From NCBI GenBank assembly GCA_032718475.1, contig JAUCBJ010001784.1:1-64000 (forward strand): DNA of 64,000 bases, written 5' to 3'. A program made the position numbers and the translations under genes. The notes beneath the pieces were generated by a model. The model was not told where the DNA came from. It saw only the letters and a program-made list of their open reading frames with translations, and ran no database searches. Source of the stretch: Nemertoderma westbladi. Lineage: Eukaryota; Animalia; Xenacoelomorpha. Positions 38,626 through 52,150 of the stretch are shown piece after piece. The stretch's first letter is position 1; every line of letters begins with the position of its first letter.

Positions 38626-41600
38626 ATGGTAATAATGAATCCAATAAACCCGTATTTAAAAACAAATCCGCTATTACGTGGGTTATATTTCTACATTTTG
38701 CCATTTCTACGAATCCAATCGAAGAGAAGAATTGCTAGTGATGACTTCTTTAGACCACTTCCAGATAATTTAACTGCTGATTATCAATACAAAAGACTCC
38801 TAAGAACATTAAATTTCCAGGTGGGTTTATGAAATGATTTTTTGATTAGAAAATATCCTCCCCTCCTGCAAGTTTGTAATATGATAGCATAACTTTAACT
38901 CGTTTTGGTTGAGGTAGTACTGTAGTAACAGAACTCTGCACCGCTCCCGCTTCTGTTTTAATGGGGTTTGCAAAATCTCTTCCCCCTCCTTGCCCTGCTT
39001 CCCAGCATTGATGCGCCGTCGCATACATCCAATGATAGATCAGAGATTTCCAACACAGCCAATTTAGGGATACTACAGTTTAACACACACACACACACAC
39101 AGTCTGACTGTATGTGAATAATAATTTAAAGGGGGGACTGAATCTGCGGAGAGGGGACAGTTTCTGCTAGTGGATTCGGTCCCCCGGAAATGTATCCTCG
39201 GGGACAGATTCCACTGTTACACCAGTACTAACTTTACTAGAACCGGTTTACCAAACACCAGGGGGACCATGCTAATTATAATTAATTAATTAATTAATTA
39301 AATAAAAAATAATTAATGTTAAATGCTTGTATGCACAGTAACACTGTACTTCATCTTAAGTATCGTTTAGAAGAGTGACATTGTACCTACCGGTAGATAA
39401 TAAAGTAATGATGGTAAGCACTTGTAAGTAATCTTTTAAACTATATTTATATTTCTTTTATCTTTGTTCGTACTGATGATGGCGCCAGAGATTCCGTTGA
39501 AAGTTTAACATTATGAATATATGTAGGAACTTATTATGAATATGGATTATAGGGATGTGGATTATATAGTGCATTGGTATATGCGCTGGGGAGTGAGGGA
39601 GTTGATCCTATAGGGATATAATCCACATATCATTTGATTTAGTATTCCTGTCTAATTTATTGTGCTAAATTCATTGTGCATAGAAATTGCATTGAAGTAT
39701 CCTATTAAAATTTTTTTTCTCGTTACAGAGTGCGGGTGGAACAAAACGAAATAATATTCTTGGAATATTAATAAGAGTTTATTTGAAGGAATATATATTG
39801 TGTATCTTGTTGGATACCATTCACGAAGTGTGCCTTATAATGAAAGTGATATTTCTTCAACGTTTGATTGTGTACTATTTGCAAATTGAAAGCAAAATTT
39901 CACGAGAAAGGGCATTGTTGGATTGTATGATTATAGGAATCACATCATTTATATCAGTACTGGCATTTACTAATATGGCTTTCTATTCTGCCCTTTTATG
40001 GACTAAGATTAAAGTTGGATGCAGTGCACTTATTTATTCAAAAATCCTGACTTTTGATACAAAAGGAATTCAAAGTAAAACAATTGGTAATGTAACGAAC
40101 CTGTTGTCATCAGATGTTGGTCGATTTGAGGTAATGGGAAAATACGGGAATAATTTAGTCTCAGCCCCTCTTGTGGTGATTCTGTGGTTTCCTTTAATAT
40201 TTTACTATCTAGAATGGTCTGGCGTTTTTGGATTCTTTCTTATAATTTTAGTTATTCCATTGAGTTTGGGGTTGTCGGACTTGATCAGAAGATTACGTCT
40301 TGAAGCTGCAGCATTAACTGATCAAAGAATAACATTGTTGAGTGAAATATTGGTTGGAATGAAAGCAGTAAAAGCATATGGTTGGGAGGAATTATTTGAA
40401 GAAGCTGTAAAAATGGCTCGGAGCAGAGAATTTTTACAAATATGTAAGATCATGTGTACCCAATCATTCTACCCTGTAATCATGTTTTCCTATGTCAATA
40501 TTGTAACTTTTTTTGTTTTTTTATTATACTCATCACTGGGATTTATATTAAATATTGTCACAGTGTTGACGACGAATATTATGTTGTTCAGGTTGAATTC
40601 TAGTTTAATTGGATTTGCTATGGCGGTGCGTGAATGTGGTGAACTAAAGTGTGTTTTTCAGCGAATTGATAACTTTCTTGGTTTTAGCAATAATACATTT
40701 GTTGGAGAAGGATTAGCAAATCAAAAATTGAGAATTATTTTGTTAGACCCTAAAGATATTTTTATAACTGTAGATAATATATCGGCAAAATGGGCAATCA
40801 ACAACGCCTATGTTATACATCATCTAACATTTAAAGCATATTTTGGGGAGATAGTATACGTAATAGGACCAGTTGGTTCTGGTAAGTCTAGTCTACTGCA
40901 GGCAATATTAGGAGAGTTGCCTATAGAAACTGGATCTATAAATAAAAATGGGAAGATGGCCTATGTATCGCAAACACCATTCATATTCTCGGGAACTATA
41001 CGGGACAATATCCTACTGGGCCAAACATTTGAGACAAAATGGTTTAACGAGGTTATCGAACTTAGCTGTTTAACAATGGATCTATTAAATTTTAAAGATG
41101 GGGATAATACATTAGTTGGAGAAAAAGGTATTTCATTATCGGGTGGCCAAAAAGCTCGTATTGCTTTAGCGAGAGCAGTTTATTCTAGAGCAAATATATA
41201 TCTTATGGATGATCCTCTTTCAGCTGTAGACAGACGAGTGGCCAATAACTTAGTAGATAACTGTTTGAAGCACTGCCAATCAAGGGGTATTGTAATTATC
41301 GTCACCCACCTACTGCAAATTATCCCTTCAAATTCAAGAATTGTATCTCTTTATGACAATGATGTCTATAAATCGCTAAACATGGAGGTCTCATCACAAA
41401 CTTATATAGGGAATGGAATAACTTCTTTGGGGATTTATAATAGTGAATTGACAGATGATAAATTCCGTGACACGATAAATAATGTTTCTGATACATTCAT
41501 TGAAATAAACATGGAAATCCCTTATAGACCTACTCTCATATTTATTAAAGCTGGTTTAACTGGACCACGTCTGTTAGTTTTAACATTAACAATAGTTTGT

Positions 41601-43343
41601 TCATTAATATATTTAACACTTTCGGATTATTGGTTGATAACTTGGGCCATTCAGACCTCATCAAATGGAAATGACACCCAAGAAAGTGATTTCAATGAGA
41701 ATAACATTATTAAGCAATTCATCACTGAAACAAATTGGGGATACATTATACTTGTGTATGCATATCTTGTTGTTTCATATTCAGTAAGTGTCATATGCAG
41801 TGTTCTGGCAGTTTATAGGATTATACTAGGCGCATCTAACAATATACATAATCAAATTCTCAAAACAGTCTGTCATGCCCCAATGAAATTTTTCTATCAG
41901 AACTCCGCAGGAGGAATACTGAACCGATTCTCCAAAGACTTAGGAATATTAGACAACATAATCCCAATTCTACTTGGATTTATGGTTCAGTATATATGTC
42001 ATTGCTCGATTGTTATTTTAGTTTCTGGAATAGCCAATCCATGGACTTTTGTAATATCTATCCCTATTCTTGTTTTTGTTCTTCAGATACGAATATTTAT
42101 AATGAAAAGCTTTAAACAGGTGAAATTTCTGGAAGGATCAGCAAGAAATCCTCTATTTCAGCATGCTTCTGATACCCTAGAAGGTCGAGATGTCATAAAG
42201 GCGTTTGAGGTTCAATCAATTTATATGAAAAATTTTCTTTACCACTTGGATAAACATACAGAATCAGTATTTATGGTTTATGGACTTCAAGCATTGCTAT
42301 CAATTACTGTGTGCATATCTTATGCTCTTTTTAACTTTTTGTTTTTACTCCTATTTTTATATATGGATCGCTTTGTTTCAAATGAAATATTATGTTTAGC
42401 CGTAATATACATGTTGAACATGGTAAATTTTGTTACATATATCATACTTGGCTCAGCCCTGCTGGAAATTGATATAACATCTGTGGATCGAGTTCTCGAT
42501 TATACAAAATTAGATCAAGAAGCTGCATTTCATACAGCTTTTAATCATCGTCCAATTGATTGGCCAAATTCTGGAGTAATTTGTTTCAAAAGTGTTAAAC
42601 TTACGTATGGTGATAATGAGGTTTTGCATGGAATCAATTTTGAGACACGGCCTTCTGAGAAAATAGGAATTGTAGGACGAACAGGAGCTGGTAAATCCTC
42701 GTTGTTTACAGTGTTACTTCGCCTTGTAGAACCTCAAGGAATAATCACCATAGATGATGTTGACATAACAGGAATTGGTTTACATGATTTACGGAAGTCA
42801 ATAGCAGTCATTCCACAGGATCCCGTTCTGTTTCAAGGTACTTTGCGGTACAACTTAGATCCTTTCAATGAGTTTGACACTATAGAAATCATTAAAGTTC
42901 TAGAATGTGTTCAATTGAAAGCATCTATCGAAATGAGAGCTGATTCTAAATGTGGTTATGGGTCAATTACTCCTTGTGATGTGGAATCTGTCATTTTGGA
43001 TTTTGAAGTTCATAATCGTGGCAGTAACCTCAGTGTTGGGGAGAAGCAGTTAGTTTGTTTAGCAAGAGCAATGTTACGAAACTGTAAAGTTGTGCTTATT
43101 GATGAGGCAACATCTGCTATTGATCAGTTTACAGATGAAGTTATACAGAAAGTCATATCAATTAATTTATATAATGCAACTGTTTTGATAATAGCCCATC
43201 GGATTAATACTATATTAAACTGCAATAGAGTAATTGTGATGAGTGAAGGAGAAATTGTAGATTTCGATGAACCAAAACATCTGCTGGAAGATAAGAACAG
43301 CTTCTTATATTATGTAGTTAAACCTGACAAAGACAGACAATAA
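38626..43343 (+). CDS. ABCC4/MRP4-like ABC transporter, copy B; exons 38626-38820 and 39729-43343
   Basis: Same motifs and exon structure as copy A, highly similar sequence, intact frame. Confidence 0.93.
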
Positions 43344-44272
43344 TTTTAAGAATCACAAAGTTACATGTGGGGAGAAAAATGTTGAAAATTTATGTTGGTG
43401 CAGGTGAAAACCATGTAGAATAGGGACTAATTAGTACTATTAAACACCTTTTTACTAAATATTATTTTGACTTTATGATATTATATATTATATAAATGTT
43501 GATGATGTTACCTACATCCTCAGAATATTTAAATTATCAATTTAAAAATCATTTAAATATAAATAAAATTAAATCCCATCACTTGTTATTTTCACTGTTA
43601 ATTATCAATTATTATGTATGATTAATGATTCAATGACCTTCCACTGGAGATAGTAGGAATATTTGCAGCCCGAGTTTTCTTCGGAGGTAACTCGGCGATC
43701 GTACACATCGGAGTCTCGCCGGAAGTCGCTGGACTCATCATCTCCTTCCGGGCACTTGGTGGCGCATAAATCCAGGGTGGGGTGAGGGGTTGGGTCCCAG
43801 TTGCAGCCACCGGTCCGGTGGAAAATGTCCTGGATTAGCACAGTGGCTGAGGCGCCACTATCCGCGAAGACATTGCGTATGATTCCGCGCCAAATATACC
43901 AAATATATAATCAGAGCGTAGTACATAGAGCGTATACATAGAGCAAGTACAAACAATATAGTGCTGGGCCATCTGTCTTGCAGTGCGCCCTGTGACCTGG
44001 TGACTGCAGGATGGTAGTTAGTATCCTGACCAGCTAACTACTTATGTGCTGTCTCTACTCAGTAAGGTAGTAAGTATCCAGAATCTGTGTATGTCTGTGT
44101 AGTCTATGTGACGGGACTGAGTTCAATGATTCCGACTGGGTTAGGTTGTACGCATCACTTTACTGCTGGGCTGCTGAACTAATATCTTTGGCCGAAGGCC
44201 GTCGGGAAAATAACAGAGTTTGTGTTTCTTGTTGTTAATGTTCCAATGATAATAGCACAGTATGTATAACAG

Positions 44273-45274
44273 TCGTATAACAGACGGTGACACAGAACCA
44301 TTTGAAGTGTTATGGGGCGTCCTCCAGGGAGACACACTTGCACCATTCTTTTTCATAATTGTGGTTGACTATGTTCTACACATATCCTTAGATCATCATA
44401 ATGAGGATGGGGTGATGATAACTCCACCTACTGGCTCCAGAAGTCGAGGAAATCCTAACTGTCCAAGTACCTAACTGATCTAGACTTTGCTGATGACTTA
44501 GGAGTACTCTCAGAATCACTAGAGGGAGCCCAACGGCTCCTCAGCTCATTAGAACATGCTGCTTCTAGTGTTGGTCTTTTTATTAACTCCAGAAAGACCA
44601 AAATTTTGACAGTTAACTTTGAAAGTCCTCAGCAAGTCGCTGATCGGATGAGCATAAGCTCAAAAGATGGTATGCTTGAGAATGTGGACGACTTCTGTTA
44701 CCTGGGATCATGGATCCGGAAGTCAGGTGAGGACCTTCGAATACGTAAGGGAAAAGGATGGGCAGCCTTGAATAGGCTTTCCAGGATTTGGAAGTCACCG
44801 AGAATTAATCGGAAACTTAAGGTCCGATTATTTAGAGCAGCAGTAGTTCCAGTACTCCTCTATGGGAGTCCATGCTGGGCTCTAACTGCTGAGGACACCA
44901 AATCTCTGGATGGCACATTCACAAGAATGCTACGCCGGGTTCATTGTTTCAAGTACAATGCACAAACCTCCAACCAGACACTATATAACATTGGAGGTGT
45001 CTCATTGGTTCCCCCAAGCTTAACACTAGAACAAAATCGCCCCCACTTTGCAGGACATTGCTTTCGCCGTCAGGACCAACCAGTGCATAAGCTTGTACTT
45101 TGGCAGCCTCATGGAGTGAATAAGCATGGTGGACAGCCCATGACTTTCTTGAGACGCATCTTAAAGGACACTGGCCTTGAAGATGCGGATGATCTAGCAA
45201 ATGTCATGGGTGATAGGGAGTTGTGGCGATGCAATGCAGCTGCAATGCAGCATGCCGATCCTAGGAGTAGTAGA
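44273..45274 (+). mobile_element. 5'-truncated RTE-like LINE inserted in the left LTR-like repeat, 11-bp TSD
   Basis: RT motifs QGDTLAP and DFADD; AGT/TAG tail; ATGTATAACAG at 44262-44272 and 45275-45285, present once in the right repeat. Confidence 0.92.
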
Positions 45275-47719
45275 ATGTATAACAGATAATAGTAGAAATT
45301 GCAATACAGAATGATAACAGCAGTATATGAAATGACGGTCTAAACTATTGCTGGTCCCTAACTGTGTGATTAATGAACTGACCGGTAAATCAGTAATCAG
45401 GATAACTATATGATTGATACACATACATATTGGTTTCACCTCTACTCTACTTTGGCCTTTGTTACCCAATGGATGCTTTCCTATCTTTCCCCACGTGCTC
45501 CCCTGCCCGCTATTGGCTTATATACTAATTGTCACTTTGGCACTCCTTGTAGGTGTTACCCCCTGCCGCTAGCCTCGACTGGCTGGGTTCTCCCTCTGAG
45601 GTGGTTTGACCTCTCTCTGTGGCTTAGGGTGTGTGTCGCCCCCCCCCCCCCCCGAGTTGGTTATGAGGCGAGATTATTATTGATAATCTCGTATAGCCAA
45701 CTATATTGGTAAAATGCCACTGGTCCCATTTTCGGGTGGGTAATGTAAGGGAATTGAATCTGCTTACACTCCCCCCCCCCATGCTATCTTCCCGGTAAGA
45801 AGATAGCATCAACCTTAAGTGCGCTTCAATTCCGCTGGAACCCAATCTAATATTGGGTGTGGGGTGGAATTCTTTACTCGGGGTCGGCTTTCCAGACTGC
45901 CCCCCCTGGGTGTGTTATTACTACCCATCCTTGGTGCAATTGCGAGCTATGTTGCTCCGAGGTATCTGGTGTCTCTGTTTGAGACTATTGTGCTCACTCT
46001 CCACACAATTTTCTTTAACCTTACTCAAATCTTCCTCATGGACCTTGCTGTCCCTTACTCTCACTCTGGTCCCTTGAGACTCATCCTCTCTCACTGCTCG
46101 TTTCCCACACTTGAATTGCACTCCTTTCACTTCCTCACACCTCTACGCACCCTCTCCGTACTTCCCCCGATTCCCCTGTACTCAACCCATTTTACTTCAC
46201 TCACCCCTGACGAGCCTCACCTTCTCTTTTGTGCCGTCGCACTCAAGAAGCGTGATCCATCTAGTGTCTCGTCCTCCTGTCATAGTCAATTGGTCCCCAG
46301 TCCCAGTAGCTAGTTGGAAAAACGTTATATATGACTATAGTACTTACATTGATTATATATTTGATCATTAATTAATTATCTACATATGTACATACTAATT
46401 GCACTTGATTATTTGCACTTAGAGTTTGTACTCTGTCCTACATGTGGTGCCTTCCAGGCTCACTGCCATCTCTGTCCCTGAGTTCTAGTTCGCTCCTCCC
46501 GTCTTCGGGAACCATCTGAGTTCTTTGCCCCTATCGTTGTCTTGTCTGGGCCGCTTCCTTCCCTCCGGCTTGTCCTCCTTGAGACTCCTCATTCTTGCCA
46601 TTACCGTCTTGCTAAGCGCCGTCGTTGGTTCTTTGGGCGCAGGTGTTATCAACTCCCGGTATCGCTTTGCAGGTGGTCCCTCCGAGTGTCCCTCCTGTTT
46701 CCCCCTGGTAGCATCCCATAGGATCATTTTCATCGCCTGCGGCACGTGCTCTGCCAGAATGTCCCTGAACTCGACCCTGTTTTCCGGTGACCATCTATCC
46801 AAGTATCTCTGAGTGTTAATGACTCCTCCATACGATGCCGCTGTCGCTACCTCCTGATGAATGGTAGTCTCCTCTTGATAATCTCCTGGTGGGCTCCCGG
46901 ATTGATATTAAAGAAGCCCCACTGGAACTCCTGGGCCTTCATCCTCTGCCGTGTCATGACACTGACGTCAGCCCACTCCTCGAAGATCTTGAACTTCTCT
47001 TCATCGTCCATCCAGTCGCACTGGCCCCCATAGTGCCCTCAAAAGTTGCACTTTGAGCATCGGTTGTGCAGCCTCGGACATGCCCCCATCCTATGGGTCG
47101 ACTCGTGGCAGTAGAGACAGGTCGTCCCCTTCTGGAATCGATATAAGCAGCTCTTTTCCTGGTGGGTTAGTCTCCCACAGTAATCACAGCCGTGTATCAA
47201 TGCGTCCCACCCCAAGTCGTCCTCACCTAATTGGTTTGGCCTTACAAAGGCTCAATTTGGATGAGTGCCGTTAAACAAGGTGTTCTGTGTTCCGTTCAGT
47301 AATGGCCTACCTCCTAGATTCGAATTTTTCCATATATTTTCAAATATACCCCCCCAAAGTGTCAATTTTTCTTAATTTGTAAAATTTGTCAGTTACTTTA
47401 ATTATGATTCTAGAACTCCCTCCCTCCAGTTGCTATAATTTATTAATTTTTTTTCTAATATTATTTATTTTTCCCTCTCCCTGTGCTATTAACAACTGTC
47501 AGCGGGTTATTTTAACTTAGATATCCCTTCTACTTTGTATACAGGGAAGGCTAGCTATAATTTTACTACGCTAGCTTCTTATCAGACAGCTTTCTGGCCC
47601 TGTAACAAATATCCTATACTTACACTACGGGCTGTGCGGTACAGTAGTCTGTTTCGTGCGGCCTACACGGCCTGTCCTGCTGTACCCACATGCCCCCCTC
47701 TTCCCTCCGTGGTGCTCTC

Positions 47720-47975
47720 AATGCCCACAACTTCTACGGTACTATGTACCCTACTACTACTACTATGGTATGCCTACATACCCTTTAATTCCGCTTACTA
47801 CGTGGCGCCCTCAGTGCCCACAACTTCTATGGTACTATGTACCCTACTACTACTGCTATGGTATGCCTACATAACCCTTAATTCCGCTTACTACGTGGCG
47901 CCCTCAGTGCCCACAACTTCTACGGTACTGTGTACCCTACTACTACTACTATGTACTACCTACTACTACTATTAC
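47720..47975. repeat. 93-bp tandem repeat (about 2.5 copies) with (CTA)n
   Basis: GCCCACAACTTCTA recurs at 47723, 47816 and ~47909. Confidence 0.85.
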
Positions 47976-50900
47976 TACTTATTTTATTATTTTGCTTGTT
48001 TATTTTTTTGTTTTTATGTGTGGGAAGGGCATCTCGCCCTCATTCCCACCCCCCCCCCCCCCCTCAGTCCAATATATTGGACGACTAAACTTTAAGGTGA
48101 CCCTTCCAATAGGCAACACTTTCCTACCGCCGTGCTGTAGGTCTTCCTATCTTTGGCCCTTATCTTTCCTACAATCCTCACTTCCACCGACCTAATCCTG
48201 CCATCCTCGTCCCCCGTCAGTCCAACTTATGGGACGACTCAACAACCTAAGGGCGATTCTTCCAGCAGGCAACTCTCCCACTGCCCCCCTGTAGGTCCTC
48301 TTAATCTTCGTCCCACTCTCCTTGTCAATTCCAACTCACTTGGGATTGTTCTTCCTTTCTCCTCCACCCTTAAATCGGGTCTTTCCGTCATCTCACTGAT
48401 CTCTTCGTGGTCCTCTGGCAGCAAAATACTACCCTCCATCTTGTCGTCACTTGGTGGTAGAATGCCGCCCCTCATGCCATCCTCACTGGTACATGCCACC
48501 TCTGCTGGCCTCCCTCTCAATATGTGCGCTGGCATTAAAGCCCCTGATGACCCCGGGTCATCCTTCAGCATGCATAATGGCTTACCATTTAATGCCCCTT
48601 TGCACTCTGCCAGCCCCATATGCGTGTGCAACACACCTCCTCCAACTTTCCTGCCTCCTTTGTCACGCTTCATCATCGGCCTCTCCGCCCTTGGTCTAAT
48701 CTTCCCACATCCTCTCCCTTTCCACCTTGTCTTCTTACTCGACCTCCTTCCCATCGGTATGCTTCTCAACTGGAACGGTGTCTGTTCCGGATATCTCTCC
48801 GGATATCTCACCGTCCACTCTTCTCCATCCTCATACCGATACTCCCCAGGAACATCTATGTTCCATCCCATCGCCTCTAGGTCCTCTGCCTCTCCTCATT
48901 GCTTCTCCTCCTGGCTCATCTATCGGCGGTATTTCTCTGAATTTATCTTCCATCCTTTCACCACGCCCCACCATCTGTGGTTCCAGATCCATACCCATCC
49001 CCGACTCCAGGTATCCTCCCTCGGGCTGCTTCTTGTATGGGTCCTCCCAGGGCCTTCAATGCCTCCCAAGGCCCTGGTCCTCCCCATCGCCCGTCTTTGG
49101 TTTCTCCTCTATGTCCTCAACAGTGCCGGACAGCATGCACCCTATTGTCTCGGAGACGCTGAATGGGATTTTGGTCGTGATTGGGCCGTTAAGTGTTCAT
49201 CCAAACGGCGTAAGAATCGCCACTGGATCTCGTTGTTTATCCCCTCTGAATATGGTCCGTACTCTCTCATGGGCTGTCGGGCAGTCCATGCCGACTATAA
49301 TAGATACCTTCGAGATGTCCACTTCGGGTATTGAGAAATCGATATCGTCCACGAACCGGTATTGCTTGACCTCGATCCTTGTGGGCCTGGCGTTTATATT
49401 AATCGATTCTATTATTTGGATGGGGTCGATGGTCGCCCCATAATCGCAGCCTGGTGCTATTGCTGATATCTCGCAACATCCCGTTCTCATCTCCAAGACC
49501 TCGTCCTTACTCGAGATAGTAGTTACTGCCATTTTACTTGGCCTCGTCTGCAACCCTATCTCTCCGGCCACTCAATTCTCCACTAGCATGAAGGCTGCTC
49601 CGCTGTCGACCAACATTAACATCGTGACCAACCGCCCACTCTCTCCTATTGTCCTCACCGGTACCACCCCGAGTAGTACCGTTCCCCTTCTCTTCGCTCC
49701 CGTGGTGCTTGTCGCCATTGTTTGGCCTTTACCTCCATCTACATCGCCGTGTTTCATTGGTGTTTCCTTACACTCTTCGAATCTGTGTCCTCCTACCACA
49801 CATTGATGACAAATTCCATTTATACCCGCATAGGCTACCCGATCTTGTTTAGGCAACGCCTGCCAATGCTTGCAATTCATGGTCCAATGGAATGCGTTTG
49901 TGTGTAATTGGCATTTGTATTTTGGATTGTAGCCTTCTTTATATAGTGCTTCACGTATCGCGCATATATTTATACCTATCGGTTTAGTGTTTTTATTATT
50001 TGGACTCGGCCTACTGGGTGTGTTGGGATTATATTTGTTCGTGTTGTTGTTTTGTTTCTGTCCCTGCCACGGTGTGGCCCTACTCCCAGCTGTCTGTGGA
50101 CTTGCAGTCCCCTGTGTGGCCACGTATGGTAGTGACTGTCTTAATTTTGGTAGCGCATTCGCCGCACTGTGCTCGGGTTTAGGCCTGTTGTATTCAGCTC
50201 TCGGCGCCTTCCCCAGACTATCCTCGCTGTAGACTGGGTCTGTAATCAATTCCGCCTCATAGTTAAGGAAGTTCTACATCTCCTCTAGCCCTGGCTCCGC
50301 ACCTTTCTTCTCCCGGGTGGAGAAGGCGATCTTTCTCCACTTGTTCCTCAGCCAGATCGGTAGTGCCTGCACTATTGTAGTGATGTTATTCGATGCGTTG
50401 AGTTCGTAAGGTGCATCTAGGGTCTTTAGCACAATCAGCGCCTTTTCGACTTTATTCGCAAAGGTCTTGATGCTGACAGGGTTATCCTGTAGTCCGCCTG
50501 ATGTTAATCCCCTTAAGGTTTCTCGGATGATCTTCGCAGGATGTCTGAATTCCCTGTCCAGGGCCCGCCATGCAGTTGTGAATCCACCTTCGATACCTTG
50601 GTACTGCCTTACGATGTTGTATGCTGGCCCCCCTGTGTAAACTTGTAGGCATCAAGTTTTCCGTTAGTATTTCGTTGCTGTACATACGCCGGAACTGCAG
50701 GTATTCCTCCAGCTTACTACCATCGAATTTGAATGGCTCCACTGGCGGTAGCTCAATCATGGTCTTTAGTACATCGATGAGTGTTGCCATTCCCATCGAT
50801 TGTACTTCCAGTGCGCTCGATAGTTGTGATACAGACTCCCTTGCTGTTGGTTGCGGTTCACCCGTCGGGCCTGTCGACTTTCCTTGTGTAGGATATATCA

Positions 50901-52104
50901 TCGGGGGTAATGGTCCCCTCCATATCTCCGTGTCACATGACTTATTTGGGTCTGAGGGGTTTGGGGTTTTTGTTCTTGGTTGAGCATACTGCTGATATTG
51001 CAATGGGGGAATGTCACCCTGCCCCCCCCCCCCCCCCCCCACTGGTGTTATATTTGGTACTGGGGTTGATGTTATCATGTTAGGGCCCATGCATCTATCG
51101 GCAATATCTCCCCCCTCCCCTGGGTATATATTATATCCCTGCATATTATAGTCATACTGGTGTGCAGGTACCGGTATAGGCCTATCCACTTCTTGCCTTC
51201 CTACCAGTATGTATACCGCGACTTCCGGGTCTAATCCCGTTGTCCGCGCTACCCTATCGCCTACACCATCTCTCCCAGCATGGCCTATAGTATGTGCAGT
51301 AAGGCCTACAGTATGTCCTGCAGTCTGCCTGTGTCCTTCCAGACCGAAGTTTAATCTTCTCGAATATTCCAAGAAGTCCTCCCCGCGACTACCGTATTCT
51401 CGATCGGCAGCTACGTTCCGTCGGGAAGTCTCTCTTCGATCTCCTATCCTGTCTTCATCCTCATACAGGTACATCCTGTACCCTTCTCCCGGTGTGTGGT
51501 ATATCTCACCAGGTTGTGTTTCTCCGGGGCGACGGAAATCTCCCGGAGTACGACCCCACCGGCTCTCTGACTCTATCTCGACTACTGACGGTTCACTGTC
51601 CGTCCTTCCCCTCCGGTTGCTCGTAGCAACGCTCCTTCAATTCTCCTCACTTTGTCTCACTTCAGTGCAGTGTTCCTCCTCGTGAGATCTCGCTTTGACC
51701 TCCCGGATAAACTCCACTGTTCTTCTTCCGTCTTCCGACTGGGCTCGACGTCTTCTCGCTCGCCCGCTGACGGCGCCAACGTCTCTCTCACTGCCTGGTT
51801 GGATGGTCCTGGGGATATTCGCAATCCCCCTACTATTCTCTGTCATCGGGTGCCGCGGTTCACCTAACTTGCCACGCGCATTATCTGCCGACGCTTGTGG
51901 GACATTCTCTGCCCCCCCCCCCCCTCTTGCCACTAATCGCTTGTGGTGGGGCGCCCGTAGCCCCCCCCCCCCCCCATCCATCACCTCTTACTTCGCCCCT
52001 ACACCCCCCTCTAGTTGACGCATTATCTCTACCCTCGCTGGGTCTATTCACCCCGCTTCTCCCTGAGCAACTGCGTGGCCTTGCAGGTTCTCGTTGGGTT
52101 TATT

Positions 52105-52150
52105 CACCCCCGCTTCTCCCTGTGCAACTGCACAGGGAGAAGCGGGGGTG
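52105..52150. repeat. Perfect inverted repeat, 22-bp arms and 2-nt loop
   Basis: CACCCCCGCTTCTCCCTGTGCA-AC-TGCACAGGGAGAAGCGGGGGTG. Confidence 0.92.

Larger units (their letters stand above)
26810..43492. repeat. Large inverted duplication: arms ~26810-32480 and ~38160-43492 around a ~5.7 kb spacer
   Basis: The upstream region, both exons, part of the intron and the 3' flank are reverse-complement matches. Confidence 0.92.

Noticed and set aside
27792-43343. Horizontal transfer of bacterial ABC transporters
   Set aside because: The architecture and motifs are eukaryotic ABCC-type and each copy has a spliceosomal intron.
48153-49443. 393-aa and 238-aa plus-strand ORFs as real genes
   Set aside because: The C/T-rich strand is naturally poor in stop codons; the products are S/L/P-rich with no motifs and lie antisense to the element.
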